Shown here in pieces: positions 10,122-20,222 of a DNA stretch of 64,000 nt (positions are counted from its first letter, which is position 1; each line of letters begins with the position of its first letter). The notes under the pieces were generated by a model that made no database searches, was not told the origin of the DNA, and saw only the letters and a list, made by a program, of their open reading frames with translations. The DNA comes from Nitrosopumilaceae archaeon (GTDB taxonomy: Archaea; Thermoproteota; Nitrososphaeria; Nitrososphaerales; Nitrosopumilaceae). The position numbers and the translations under genes are program-made. The DNA lies in contig JBQTHX010000014.1 of the NCBI GenBank assembly GCA_052389415.1, positions 31,862 through 95,861 of the forward strand, read 5' to 3'.

Positions 10122-10241
10122 ATGGAAGAGATCAAATGTCCAAAATGCGAAAAGTCGATGATTTCAATGCAATCATGTCACATGTTTTGCACAAACTGCG
10201 GATCACATCTTGATTGTTCTGACAAGGGTAGTTTTTGGTAA
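10122..10241 (+). CDS. 39-aa CPxC...CxxCG zinc-finger microprotein
   Basis: Manual translation MEEIKCPKCEKSMISMQSCHMFCTNCGSHLDCSDKGSFW; TATA-like tttaaaat upstream. Confidence 0.8.
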   Translation: MEEIKCPKCEKSMISMQSCHMFCTNCGSHLDCSDKGSFW

Positions 10242-10242
10242 A

Positions 10243-10416
10243 TTAAAATCCTGATCTGTCAGGATTAAAATTTGTAACCAACTCGCCAACTTTCTCTTTC
10301 ATGATTTCTAAATAATCATCATATGTTGCTTCAAAAGCACATTTAGAACATTTAACCTTAGTCATGTCACTGTCTAGTATAGCAATGTTTTCACATTGTG
10401 GACATTTTGCATCCAT
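10243..10416 (-). CDS. 57-aa zinc-ribbon microprotein
   Basis: Manual translation MDAKCPQCENIAILDSDMTKVKCSKCAFEATYDDYLEIMKEKVGELVTNFNPDRSGF. Confidence 0.8.
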   Translation of the reverse strand: MDAKCPQCENIAILDSDMTKVKCSKCAFEATYDDYLEIMKEKVGELVTNFNPDRSGF

Positions 10417-10467
10417 GAATTCTTTTAGTAATTAGACTATATATTGTTAGATCCAAAGTTTGAATGT

Positions 10468-10541
10468 GCGGAGTTAGTCCAGCCCGGCACGACGTCAGCT
10501 TCCCAAGCTGAAGGCCGCGGGTTCAAATCCCGCACTCCGCA
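10468..10541 (+). tRNA. tRNA-Gly (anticodon CCC), no intron, CCA not encoded
   Basis: Acceptor GCGGAGT/ACTCCGC, anticodon arm TCAGC-TTCCCAA-GCTGA, T arm GCGGG-TTCAAAT-CCCGC. Confidence 0.97.
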
Positions 10542-10558
10542 TTTAATTATAATAAAAC

Positions 10559-10966
10559 TCACAACCTTAGTTTTTTTGCAATTTGATCAAGTTCATCATT
10601 TGTAAGATGAAATTTCTTTCTGAACATACTATGTACCGAACCTGCATCATCGTCAGGAGTTCTAGGTATTATATGAACATGAACATGAGGAATCTCTTGT
10701 CCACTATCTTTTCCATTATGAATAGCTATAAGAGAAGAAGAAAATATATCTTCTATTTTTTTTGTAAGAACTCTTACTAATTCAAATAAATCTGTATTAT
10801 CATCTTTATTCATCTCTTGAATCTTTGAGTAGTGATTTTTTGGAATAACTATTGAATGACCTTTTGTTAAAGGAAATGTATCCAGAAATGCTAATGATCT
10901 TTCCGTTTCCATTATTTTTCGTGCTGGAATTTTTTCTGATATGATATCACAAAAAATGCATCCCAT
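10559..10966 (-). CDS. HIT family protein
   Basis: CIFC N-terminus, PHVHVHIIPR histidine triad. Confidence 0.95.
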   Translation of the reverse strand: MGCIFCDIISEKIPARKIMETERSLAFLDTFPLTKGHSIVIPKNHYSKIQEMNKDDNTDLFELVRVLTKKIEDIFSSSLIAIHNGKDSGQEIPHVHVHIIPRTPDDDAGSVHSMFRKKFHLTNDELDQIAKKLRL

Positions 10967-11010
10967 GAATGATTATTCAGCAAAGCACTGTAAAACCTTT
11001 CTATAGAAAA

Positions 11011-11961
11011 TTAAAGTTCTCTTATTGCTTCAAGTATGTCGGTTTTGTCGGTTGCATTAGGCATCTGGTTCAAATAATTAATGAAATCTTCCTTTGCTTC
11101 AATTTTCTTGTTTTGTTCTAATCTTGCCAACCCACGATTTTTATAAATTGGGCCAAATCGATTGGGGTTTATTTCAATTGCCTTTGAATAAAATTTTTCA
11201 GCGTTTGGAAAATCTTTCGTTTTTAGAAAGTAGTTACCAAGACCACGATATCCTAGATAACATGATTCGTTGTTTTCAATGCTTTTTTGATAGTATTTAA
11301 TTGCCTCCGGAGAACTTTGGTCATTTAACATACCACCTACAAGACAAAATGCGGTAGAGTTTGTCGGATCTATTTCAAGTGCTTTTTTTAATGCATTCAT
11401 TGCTTCATCAGGTTTTTTCTGCAAACGTAATTTTTCAGATAGAAAGCAGAGTCTGTTTGATTTTTCCTTTTTTATGTTTTCAAGGTGCAACTTAGAAAGA
11501 ATGTCAGATGGCGCAATGAGAAGCATCAATCTACCGTCTTCTGACCATTGTAGATCAAATTTTTTTTCTGGAATCACTCCAATAGTATCGGGTTGCGGAA
11601 AATAATGAATTATTGTTCCTTCTGTTTCATCGTATCCTGAGATAATGGAGGCATGTTGCACAGTATCTTGTATACCGGGAAGAATAACAATTGGCGGAAT
11701 TCCTGTATCAATTATTTTCTTTAGTTCTTTGATAGAAGAACTTAAGATTAAACTTGACAAACCTTGTCTTTCTGCCAGTTCAATTCCCTCGATCATTATG
11801 CTTCCTTTCATGTTTGGATATTTTTTTGAGATCTCTTTTGCTTCTGAAAATGGCAAATCAACTCCCCAATATTTGGAAACAACTGTGACTACAAGAGGCA
11901 GACAAGTATTTTCTTCGTCTTCTTCTATAATAGGAAGAAAAAGCACATGTTCTGATTCCAA
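11011..11961 (-). CDS. C39-like peptidase domain fused to TPR repeats
   Basis: ENTCLP (Cys), QHASIISGYD (His), C-terminal TPR helices. Confidence 0.75.
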   Translation of the reverse strand: MESEHVLFLPIIEEDEENTCLPLVVTVVSKYWGVDLPFSEAKEISKKYPNMKGSIMIEGIELAERQGLSSLILSSSIKELKKIIDTGIPPIVILPGIQDTVQHASIISGYDETEGTIIHYFPQPDTIGVIPEKKFDLQWSEDGRLMLLIAPSDILSKLHLENIKKEKSNRLCFLSEKLRLQKKPDEAMNALKKALEIDPTNSTAFCLVGGMLNDQSSPEAIKYYQKSIENNESCYLGYRGLGNYFLKTKDFPNAEKFYSKAIEINPNRFGPIYKNRGLARLEQNKKIEAKEDFINYLNQMPNATDKTDILEAIREL

Positions 11962-11995
11962 GGATTCTGATATCCAATGATAGATATTAAAACCA

Positions 11996-12538
11996 TCAAA
12001 TAAAAAGGAATTTTTCTAAGAGATTTTTTCCATCAGTGCTCATTTCTGGATGAAATTGAGTTCCAAAGATATTCAAATTTTTATATTGTATTATTTCAAA
12101 ATCACAAACATCAGATCTAGCAACTTGCACAAATAGAGGATCTATTTTTGATATTAAATAGGAATGGCTTTCAAATACGTTAATTTTTCCACTGCAAAGA
12201 GGATTTGTTTTTAGAATCTCTATTTCCTGATTTCCCTTATGTATCAGATCCATTTTCTTGAGAGTACCTCCCAACGTTAAAGCAAGAATTTCAGATCCAT
12301 AACAGATTCCAAGCAAAGATTTCATCTCAGAAACAGCGTGTTTGATTATTTTTGAATTAACTGCATTCATTAGAGGATTGTTTTTTCGTCTTCCTGAGAG
12401 AATAAATGATGAATATTCAGATAATTCAGAAAGATTAATTTTATCAAAAGTGATGGTTTTATGATTTGTCTTTCTCTCAATTAGAAAATTTAGTAATGAT
12501 TTTGTATAAACAGATCCATTATCCATAACTAATAACAT
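11996..12538 (-). CDS. stand-alone class I glutamine amidotransferase
   Basis: VMDNGS, LLGICYG, TQFHPE triad motifs. Confidence 0.85.
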   Translation of the reverse strand: MLLVMDNGSVYTKSLLNFLIERKTNHKTITFDKINLSELSEYSSFILSGRRKNNPLMNAVNSKIIKHAVSEMKSLLGICYGSEILALTLGGTLKKMDLIHKGNQEIEILKTNPLCSGKINVFESHSYLISKIDPLFVQVARSDVCDFEIIQYKNLNIFGTQFHPEMSTDGKNLLEKFLFI

Positions 12539-12680
12539 ATTTTAATATAGTTTGTAAGGTATATTGATATATTCTATTTTTTGTTCTATGGAAAAATAGT
12601 TTTAAAGTTCAGTTATTAATTATTGCAGTCACTTGTAATTGATATTATTGATGAAGTGTAATTATTTTCCTTAAATTCAG

Positions 12681-15527
12681 TTATCCAACTTCTATTGATA
12701 TATAGTGTAATTCTGGTATATTTTCTATAATCACAATAGAACCAAAGTTAATCGTATTGTCCTTCTCCCAAACAATTACTCTATCACTTCTTGGTTTTAC
12801 AAAATTCTCTACAAAGCTTGAAATTAGTTTTTTCGTCTCTTCTAGATCAGATTCTTGGAAGAAGGAAATTTTACCTTCTTCAAATGATAATGGAATTTGT
12901 ACTGATGTAGGACTAATAATTTCGAGATTTTGTTCTTCAAATATTGATTTTAATGTAGATATACGTGAATCTCTATCAAGTTCTACGTATCCTCCTTCAG
13001 GTGGTTTAACTCCAGAAAGTTTTGAGAGATATGCTTCAAATGCTTGTTGAGGAGTATTTCCCATTCCAACATAATAATCACCATCAAAAGCAGCTCCTAC
13101 AGCTGCTATTGTTCCTAGTTGAGTAACAACTCCTCCCGAACCAGCAGTATACACTGGAATAAAATAGACATCATGATCACCAATTCTATACAGAATGTTG
13201 TCTCCGATTCGAGGATTTCTAAGTAACGTCTTTAGTTGAGCAAAATCAGGATCTCTGTCCAATGCTTCATTAACAGCCGAAGGACCTAACAGTACGGTTT
13301 CAGAATCAAGCGGTACTTCATAAAATTGTAGTTTCCCCAAGTTTTTCAGATCATTTTCTACTACCATGAAACCTGCTAGGTTTCGCCCTTCTGAGCCGCT
13401 TAACTCAAGAGAAAGTAATCCAACAAATTCACTCGTATCAAATCCTGGAGGTTTTGCTTGTATGTAATATGCACTCTGTCCTTTTGGAACTTCATAGAAT
13501 TCCTTTGCTTGTATAAATGTAGAAATGTCTTTAACATGATATATGTTGTACATCTGAACCTTCCAGTTGAACAATTCCTCAGGATATCGTATTTGTTTTT
13601 CAAGCCACTCAGGAATTTCAATAAACTTATCTTTGTATTGATTTACAAACATATCCGTGAAAAAATCATCTCCTGTTTTTATCAGAGAGATGTTACCATT
13701 ATAGACATCAACTAATGCATATCCTACTAGCCTGAGATATGGATTGCCAACAGTCCACGGTATGTTATGTGTATCAAATCCCACTATCAAAGGAATCAAC
13801 CAATATGTTTTCTCGCCATCTGTGACTGGTAGAGCATCAACTTCTCTACCAAAGAGATCATATTGAAAATAAGGATAAAGTGTTTGCATTCTTTCATGAA
13901 TATCTCTGAATCGCATTATGTGTATTGGCTCTGTTGGATAAGAAAGCAAAAAGTTTGGTTCAAAGATCTGGCTTAACGGGGGTACAACATCTAATCCGCC
14001 TTCCCCATTATATCTAGCGTTATTAAGTTCATCAGTTTGGTCACCTCTATTTGTTGGATAAGCAGACCATGTATCTTGAAAAAGACCACCTTCCCCATAA
14101 TATATTGATCTTTGTTTAAAGATTCTACTACTATCAATTATTGTACCGTTACTTGCTTCAAGTGTAAGAAATCCGTTAGGAACGTGCGTATAAACAAGAT
14201 GTTCATTATACCATCTATTTTCTGCACTTACTGATGAGGGAAGAATAGGTTTCATTGATGCTGTCCAATATAGATTGTCATTAAATCTTAGAATATCGTT
14301 ATCTTCAAAATCAACATATGGTATTAGACCAATTTCTGGTTTTAGTTTTGCAAATGCAGCATCCCAATCCCAGACTCTTACGTTATCAAGAGATTCCTTG
14401 TTTTGTAATATGTAATTTTTTATGTTGCTTGGCGGAACAGATTCTAGTTTTACGTTATGTGTACTGCTCTGTATTTGATCAAGTTGACCAACATATTGGT
14501 TTATTCCAATCTGTTGGGCTTTGTATGGACCAAGATATTCAATTTTTCTTGCATCAGCAATACTGTGATTGACAGCTATTATAGAACCTGCAACTACACC
14601 AATAGCAAGAATTGTTAAGACACGTATGTAGATATCTCTCTTTGAGGGTTGGATAATTACTCTTGAACGATATTTGTCTACGAAATAAAATGCGATCAGG
14701 CTTATTCCTGCTGCAAGTGTTCCACCAATTGCATATCTTGTGTTGTAATCAATCTGGTCTGTGAAGAACATGTTAATGCCAGCCCACAATATACCGATCC
14801 CTATTATTCCTTCAATGGTTGAAATGTAGTCAAGGAATCTTGGTTTTCCTTTTGAAGCGTCGTGCAAGTAGTTAGTTACCACTTTAATTATAGAATGTAA
14901 TCCAAGATACAATACTAATCGGATACCAATTGCAGCAAGGATAGGTGGAACTAAAATGGTTAGCGTTGGGATCATTGGAACGATTAGATTTGTGGCGTAG
15001 GTTGAATCTGTAGGAGGTGTAGTAAACGGAAGTGAAAATAATCCCCAGATACTTTCAACACCCAGATCATTTCCATCTAACAAATATTGTATTGCAAAAC
15101 CAAACATCAGATTGCTAAAAAGTGCTCCAAAGAGTAGCACCTTAGTTATTTGCCAGATTACAAAATTAGGGATGCTTAGTTTGTACTCTTGAAAATTTGG
15201 TATATTTGCAGATATAGAATTACTGTCTCCTTTTTTTAAGAAGTTTATTGCTGTGTGAATCGCATACCACGCTATCGAGGATCGATTTTTAATGTTTACC
15301 CTAATCAATGTGATCGAGGCTAATATCAGTGAGGAGAGGATGGAAAAGTACAGAGGTTTTGTGAAGAGGTCGTCAAACTCATTTACATTCATAAATAACC
15401 AAACTGCCTGGTTACCGACTACACCAAAGATTACTATGGCAATGATCGCAGCAAGTCCTAAGCGTACATACCTTCCAGCATCAGGCGATTGTGGACTATC
15501 TTCAGTAGATGAGCTATACAAAATCAC
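12681..15527 (-). CDS. UPF0182 family membrane protein
   Basis: N-terminal TM bundle, NVRVWD, WYNEHLVYTH, IYYGE, IRYPEELF. Confidence 0.85.
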   Translation of the reverse strand: MILYSSSTEDSPQSPDAGRYVRLGLAAIIAIVIFGVVGNQAVWLFMNVNEFDDLFTKPLYFSILSSLILASITLIRVNIKNRSSIAWYAIHTAINFLKKGDSNSISANIPNFQEYKLSIPNFVIWQITKVLLFGALFSNLMFGFAIQYLLDGNDLGVESIWGLFSLPFTTPPTDSTYATNLIVPMIPTLTILVPPILAAIGIRLVLYLGLHSIIKVVTNYLHDASKGKPRFLDYISTIEGIIGIGILWAGINMFFTDQIDYNTRYAIGGTLAAGISLIAFYFVDKYRSRVIIQPSKRDIYIRVLTILAIGVVAGSIIAVNHSIADARKIEYLGPYKAQQIGINQYVGQLDQIQSSTHNVKLESVPPSNIKNYILQNKESLDNVRVWDWDAAFAKLKPEIGLIPYVDFEDNDILRFNDNLYWTASMKPILPSSVSAENRWYNEHLVYTHVPNGFLTLEASNGTIIDSSRIFKQRSIYYGEGGLFQDTWSAYPTNRGDQTDELNNARYNGEGGLDVVPPLSQIFEPNFLLSYPTEPIHIMRFRDIHERMQTLYPYFQYDLFGREVDALPVTDGEKTYWLIPLIVGFDTHNIPWTVGNPYLRLVGYALVDVYNGNISLIKTGDDFFTDMFVNQYKDKFIEIPEWLEKQIRYPEELFNWKVQMYNIYHVKDISTFIQAKEFYEVPKGQSAYYIQAKPPGFDTSEFVGLLSLELSGSEGRNLAGFMVVENDLKNLGKLQFYEVPLDSETVLLGPSAVNEALDRDPDFAQLKTLLRNPRIGDNILYRIGDHDVYFIPVYTAGSGGVVTQLGTIAAVGAAFDGDYYVGMGNTPQQAFEAYLSKLSGVKPPEGGYVELDRDSRISTLKSIFEEQNLEIISPTSVQIPLSFEEGKISFFQESDLEETKKLISSFVENFVKPRSDRVIVWEKDNTINFGSIVIIENIPELHYISIEVG

Positions 15528-15604
15528 GCTACCTTCATCTGTGTCAAATTAATGTCTTACCAAAAGTCCGTATACAATTTAAGGTCAAAAGAACAAAAGG
15601 TATC

Positions 15605-16618
15605 ATGATACAGTTGGGTATTAGGGATTTGGTGAAGTATCCCTTTCTTGCTGAGACAGGAGAATATCTGCGTGATAAGGGCTTTAATTTAGAGCAGCTT
15701 GGACATCCAGATTGGAAGCCACTTGTAGAAAAAGCATATGGAAGAATCATGGTAGCCACAACAGGACAGATCTACGGTTCAGTGGCTGAAGACTTTGAAA
15801 ATATGGATTCCGAAATTCTTTCTTTTGTAATTGCAGTAATTCTTTTAAAATCAGCTGGTATACCAACCTTAATCAAGAGATTTTCTCTTTCAGAAGCAAG
15901 AAGAGCTGAAAGATATTTACAGCGAGATCTTCAGAAAAAAAATGAAGCCGCATTAGAATTACCATTAAAAATAATGCATGATCTCTTTTCTGTAAAGATA
16001 GTAAGAGAAAGAGATGATTTTGTAATAAGTGTATCAGATTATCTTAAACACGCAATTCATTTTCATGAAAAAGAATGGAAGCTTATTAACAGAAGAGTGA
16101 AAAATGGATCTGTGTTTTTGACAGCACGTGAAACGGTTAGACTCATACGAAAAGAATTAGATGGATACATAAATTCAAAAATTCAGGTAGCTAACATTCC
16201 ATATATTCCTGATACCTTCAAAGAGCGTACAAATGATTTATCCTTGCTTGCAAGAAATTTTTCAGAATACGTTACAATTTCTTCTGATTATCCACCGTGC
16301 ATCAAACATGCAATCGATGTTCTTGAAAAAGGAGAGAATTTGCCACATTCTGGTAGGTTTATGCTTGCTACCTTTCTATTTTCAAAAGGTCAAACGACGG
16401 AACAGATTGCTCCCTTATTTAAGAATGCTCCTGATTATAACGAAAGAATAACTAGATATCAGCTTGAACATATTGCCGGATCTTCTGGGAAAGGAACAAG
16501 ATATTCTTGTCCATCATGTGACAAACTTAAAAGTGAAAATCTTTGTTTTGAAATACCAGAATGTAACGGGATAATAAATCCTGGTCAATTTGGAACAAAG
16601 AGGACTACAAATGCTTGA
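15605..16618 (+). CDS. priL: DNA primase large subunit
   Basis: KYPF N-terminus, PPCI, NLPHSGRF, YSCPSC...C...C Fe-S ligands; start chosen at MIQLG. Confidence 0.93.
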   Translation: MIQLGIRDLVKYPFLAETGEYLRDKGFNLEQLGHPDWKPLVEKAYGRIMVATTGQIYGSVAEDFENMDSEILSFVIAVILLKSAGIPTLIKRFSLSEARRAERYLQRDLQKKNEAALELPLKIMHDLFSVKIVRERDDFVISVSDYLKHAIHFHEKEWKLINRRVKNGSVFLTARETVRLIRKELDGYINSKIQVANIPYIPDTFKERTNDLSLLARNFSEYVTISSDYPPCIKHAIDVLEKGENLPHSGRFMLATFLFSKGQTTEQIAPLFKNAPDYNERITRYQLEHIAGSSGKGTRYSCPSCDKLKSENLCFEIPECNGIINPGQFGTKRTTNA

Positions 16619-17732
16619 AAAAAATCTGAATCTATTAAATAATGCCTTCAAAGAATATTATTTCAAGAATTTCGAACTTGTAGAAATCCCTACAAGAATC
16701 TCGGAACGAGAATTTGGTTACCAAAAATTCAACGAGGGAATGATAAGACATCTGTCCATAAAAGATGTGAAAGAATTACATTTGTTATTAATGACTAAAG
16801 CTCCCTCTGACATATATTGTTCAAATGCATATTACTCCTTTCCTAATCTGTCCATGTCAGAAAAGGATTGGAAAGGAGCAGATCTAATTTTTGATATTGA
16901 CGCAAAAGATCTAAATCTTGATTGTAGAACAAGTCATACTTTTTACAGATGTACATCTTGTCAAAGCATCGTAGGAACAGGAAATAATTGTGTCATATGC
17001 AAATCTACCAAACTTGAAACTATATCATTAGCTTGTAAAAATTGTGTAACTGAATCCAAGAAGGAAGTGATGAAACTTCTTGAAATATTAATCGAAGATT
17101 TCGGAATCAAAAAAGAGGAGATTAAAATCTACTTTTCTGGAAACGAAGGATTTCATATATATGTAGTAAATTTGGACTATCAAACACTTGGCTCAAGAGA
17201 AAGAGCCGATCTTGCTGATTATATTATGTTTAATGGAATGTTGCCAGAGACCCTTGGTGTAAGCAAACAAACTAATTCTAAATCCACACTTCCAGATATT
17301 GATGAGGGGGGTTGGAGGGGAAGAATTGCAAAAGAACTGTTTGGTTCAAAGTTCAAGCGTACAAAGAGTATGCATGAAATCCAATCTGGTGGATATTTTG
17401 TATTTCAGGCAAAATTGCTAGATTGGAAATCAAAAATTGGAGTAAGTATAGATTCAAAAGTTACAATGGACATTCATAGAATTTTTAGATTAGGTGGTAC
17501 TATAAACAGCAAGAGTGGTCTCTCAAAAATAGTGTGTAATGATTTGAAAAACTTTGATCCATTTTCTGATGCATGTCTTATTGATGACGAAAAAGTTGAG
17601 ATTATCGCAAATTGTCCAATTTCATTTAAACTAAAAAATAAAAAATATGGTCCATATGGAAAAGAAAAGATTACTGTTCCAAAACATGTTGCAGTTTATT
17701 TAATATGCAAAGGCTGTGCAGATATTTGTTAA
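16611..17732 (+). CDS. priS: DNA primase small subunit
   Basis: REFG, LIFDIDAKD, FSGNEGFH, DIHRIFR; Cys-rich insertion. Confidence 0.95.
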   Translation: MLEKNLNLLNNAFKEYYFKNFELVEIPTRISEREFGYQKFNEGMIRHLSIKDVKELHLLLMTKAPSDIYCSNAYYSFPNLSMSEKDWKGADLIFDIDAKDLNLDCRTSHTFYRCTSCQSIVGTGNNCVICKSTKLETISLACKNCVTESKKEVMKLLEILIEDFGIKKEEIKIYFSGNEGFHIYVVNLDYQTLGSRERADLADYIMFNGMLPETLGVSKQTNSKSTLPDIDEGGWRGRIAKELFGSKFKRTKSMHEIQSGGYFVFQAKLLDWKSKIGVSIDSKVTMDIHRIFRLGGTINSKSGLSKIVCNDLKNFDPFSDACLIDDEKVEIIANCPISFKLKNKKYGPYGKEKITVPKHVAVYLICKGCADIC

Positions 17733-17806
17733 AATTTCAATATTACTAATTGTTAGAGATTATCTAACACAAGGAGTTTAAATTATACTCGCTAATTACC
17801 CACATT

Positions 17807-18655
17807 ATGAAGGTTGGAATTCATGTATCTATTTCTGGTTCGATAAGCAATGCGGTGGATAATGCCTTAACTTTGGGCTGTAGTGCATTTCAAATTTTTA
17901 CAAGAAATCCACGGGGTTGGAAAGCAAAACAACTTTTAACTGATGACATAAATAATTTTAGAGAAAAATTAGCTTCTAGTAAAATTGAAAGATCTGCCAC
18001 AGTTGCTCACATGCCATATTTACCGAATCTTTCATCTCCAGATCATGATCCTGACTCAAAATCGTTGAATTCACTATTAGAAGAGTTGAAACGGTGTAGT
18101 CAGTTAGGAATTCCTTATCTTGTGACACATCTTGGAAGCCATAAGGCTGCTGGTGACCAAAAAGGAATTGAGAAATTAGTTGAGAATTTTACAAAGGCTG
18201 TAAGAAACTCCCCAAGTGATGTTATGATACTTTTGGAGAATACTGCTGGACAAAAAAATAGTGTGGGTTCAGATTTTGAACAGCTTGCTTCCATTTTTTT
18301 CCAACTAAAACCATCAAAACGATTTGGTATATGCCTGGATACATGTCATGCCTTTGCAGCAGGATATGATCTACGAACCGAAAAATCAGCTAAATCAACC
18401 TTAGAACAATTTGATAAATTCGTTGGAATAGATCACCTAAAGATTATCCATCTTAATGATTCACAAGGAGAAATTGGTTGCCATAAAGACAGGCATGAGC
18501 ACATTGGTCTTGGAAAAATCGGAGAAACTGGTCTCAGATATGTCGTAAGATTTGCCAATTCTAAGAAAATCCCAGTCATTTTGGAAACACCTATTGATGA
18601 TAGATGTGATGCCTTTGGAAACATAAAAAAAGTAAAGGAATTCGCTGAACTGTAG
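17807..18655 (+). CDS. nfo: endonuclease IV
   Basis: GIHVSISG, HMPYLPNL, ENTAGQ, DTCHAF, HLNDS, DRHEHIG, ILETP. Confidence 0.95.
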   Translation: MKVGIHVSISGSISNAVDNALTLGCSAFQIFTRNPRGWKAKQLLTDDINNFREKLASSKIERSATVAHMPYLPNLSSPDHDPDSKSLNSLLEELKRCSQLGIPYLVTHLGSHKAAGDQKGIEKLVENFTKAVRNSPSDVMILLENTAGQKNSVGSDFEQLASIFFQLKPSKRFGICLDTCHAFAAGYDLRTEKSAKSTLEQFDKFVGIDHLKIIHLNDSQGEIGCHKDRHEHIGLGKIGETGLRYVVRFANSKKIPVILETPIDDRCDAFGNIKKVKEFAEL

Positions 18656-18672
18656 TGGTTGGTTGATATGTT

Positions 18673-20136
18673 GTGAACTATGAACAAATAATGCAGCTTG
18701 CTCTAGAACGAGGATTTTATTTTCCAAGTTGTGAGATATATGCAGATGCACAAGCTGGTTTTTGGGAATATGGACCAGTCGGGGTAAGTTTTAAAAATAA
18801 ATTCATAGAACTTTGGAGACGTGAATTCATTAGAAGAGATAGAATGATGGAGATCGATGGTTCTCAGATAATGTCAGAATCAGTTTTTAAGGCGTCTGGA
18901 CATCTAGCAAGCTTTGCGGACCCAATTGTGGTATGTGAAAAATGTAAATCCATTTTTAGAGCTGACAGATTGATCACAGAAGCTACCTCCATCGCAGTTC
19001 CTGAAAGTTCAGATCTTTCCGAGTTTGATAGACTAATCACAGAGCACACTCTAGTTTGCCCAAAATGTAGCGGCAAATTCAATAAAGCAAACAAATTCAA
19101 TATGATGTTCAGAGTAGGAATAGGTCCCGAGTCAGAATCATCTTATCTGAGACCAGAAACATGTCAATCTATCTTTGTAGATTTTCCAAGACTCTATAAA
19201 ACAATGAGAGGAAAGCTGCCTGTTGGAATAGCACAAATTGGCAAGAGTTTTAGAAACGAGATTTCTCCACGCCAAAGTCTTTTGAGACTAAGAGAATTCT
19301 ATCAAGCAGAAATTGAAGTTTTTTGTAATCCAAACAAGCTAAATAATCTTGAAAAATTTTCTGAGATTGAAAACACACAGATCAGAATAATGACAGATGA
19401 TACTATCAAATACATAACATGCAAGGAAGCATTAGATTTAGGGATTTTACCTAACAAACTTGTTGCGTATTATTTGGGATTACTTACAGAGTTTTATCAA
19501 AAAACTGGTATTGATATCAAAAAAAGTAGATTTAGAAAACTGGGAGATAAAGAAAAAGCGTTTTATGCATCAGTAGCTTTTGATTTTGAGGTAGAAACTA
19601 CCACAGGATGGCTGGAACTTGTTGCGTGCAATTATAGATCAGATTATGATCTGAAGAGTCATGCCAATACGAGTAATGAAAAATTTGAAGTGATGGATGA
19701 AGATACTAAGGTTCTTCCACATGTATTCGAACTTTCTATGGGTATTGATAGAAGTCTGTATACGATATTAGAACATAGTTTACGCGATGATAAAGAAAAT
19801 GATAGAGTTGTTCTTTCATTAAAACCGTATCTAGCTCCAATCCATGTAGGTGTTCTTTCACTTATGAAGAAAGATGGTCTAGCAGAAAAAACAGAAGAAA
19901 TTTTTTCAAAGATCAAGAGATCATTTGATGTATTCTTGGATCATTCTGGTGCTATAGGAAGACGGTATAGACGACTCGATGAGGTTGGATCACCCTTTGC
20001 AATTACTGTAGATCACCAAACTCTTCAAGATGATACTGTCACAGTTCGAGAACGTGATTCAATGAATCAAGAAAGGATAAAGATTTCAGAAATCCATTCA
20101 TATATTTCAGGCAAGGTTGCTTTTCCCTTGACATAA
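18673..20136 (+). CDS. glyS: glycine--tRNA ligase (alpha2 type)
   Basis: LRPETCQ, QIGKSFRNEISPR, LREF.QAEIE, IGRRYRR.DE. Confidence 0.97.
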   Translation: MNYEQIMQLALERGFYFPSCEIYADAQAGFWEYGPVGVSFKNKFIELWRREFIRRDRMMEIDGSQIMSESVFKASGHLASFADPIVVCEKCKSIFRADRLITEATSIAVPESSDLSEFDRLITEHTLVCPKCSGKFNKANKFNMMFRVGIGPESESSYLRPETCQSIFVDFPRLYKTMRGKLPVGIAQIGKSFRNEISPRQSLLRLREFYQAEIEVFCNPNKLNNLEKFSEIENTQIRIMTDDTIKYITCKEALDLGILPNKLVAYYLGLLTEFYQKTGIDIKKSRFRKLGDKEKAFYASVAFDFEVETTTGWLELVACNYRSDYDLKSHANTSNEKFEVMDEDTKVLPHVFELSMGIDRSLYTILEHSLRDDKENDRVVLSLKPYLAPIHVGVLSLMKKDGLAEKTEEIFSKIKRSFDVFLDHSGAIGRRYRRLDEVGSPFAITVDHQTLQDDTVTVRERDSMNQERIKISEIHSYISGKVAFPLT

Positions 20137-20222
20137 TGCATTTACCAAGTAATAATTAGCAGCAATTTTTTAAAAGATATAAAAAGTGGACGTAATCGCC
20201 AGTCTTCCCATTGCGAGTTCCC

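Noticed and set aside
10520-10541. tRNA-Gly 3' end as an integration site
   Set aside because: No second copy and no integrase seen in the window
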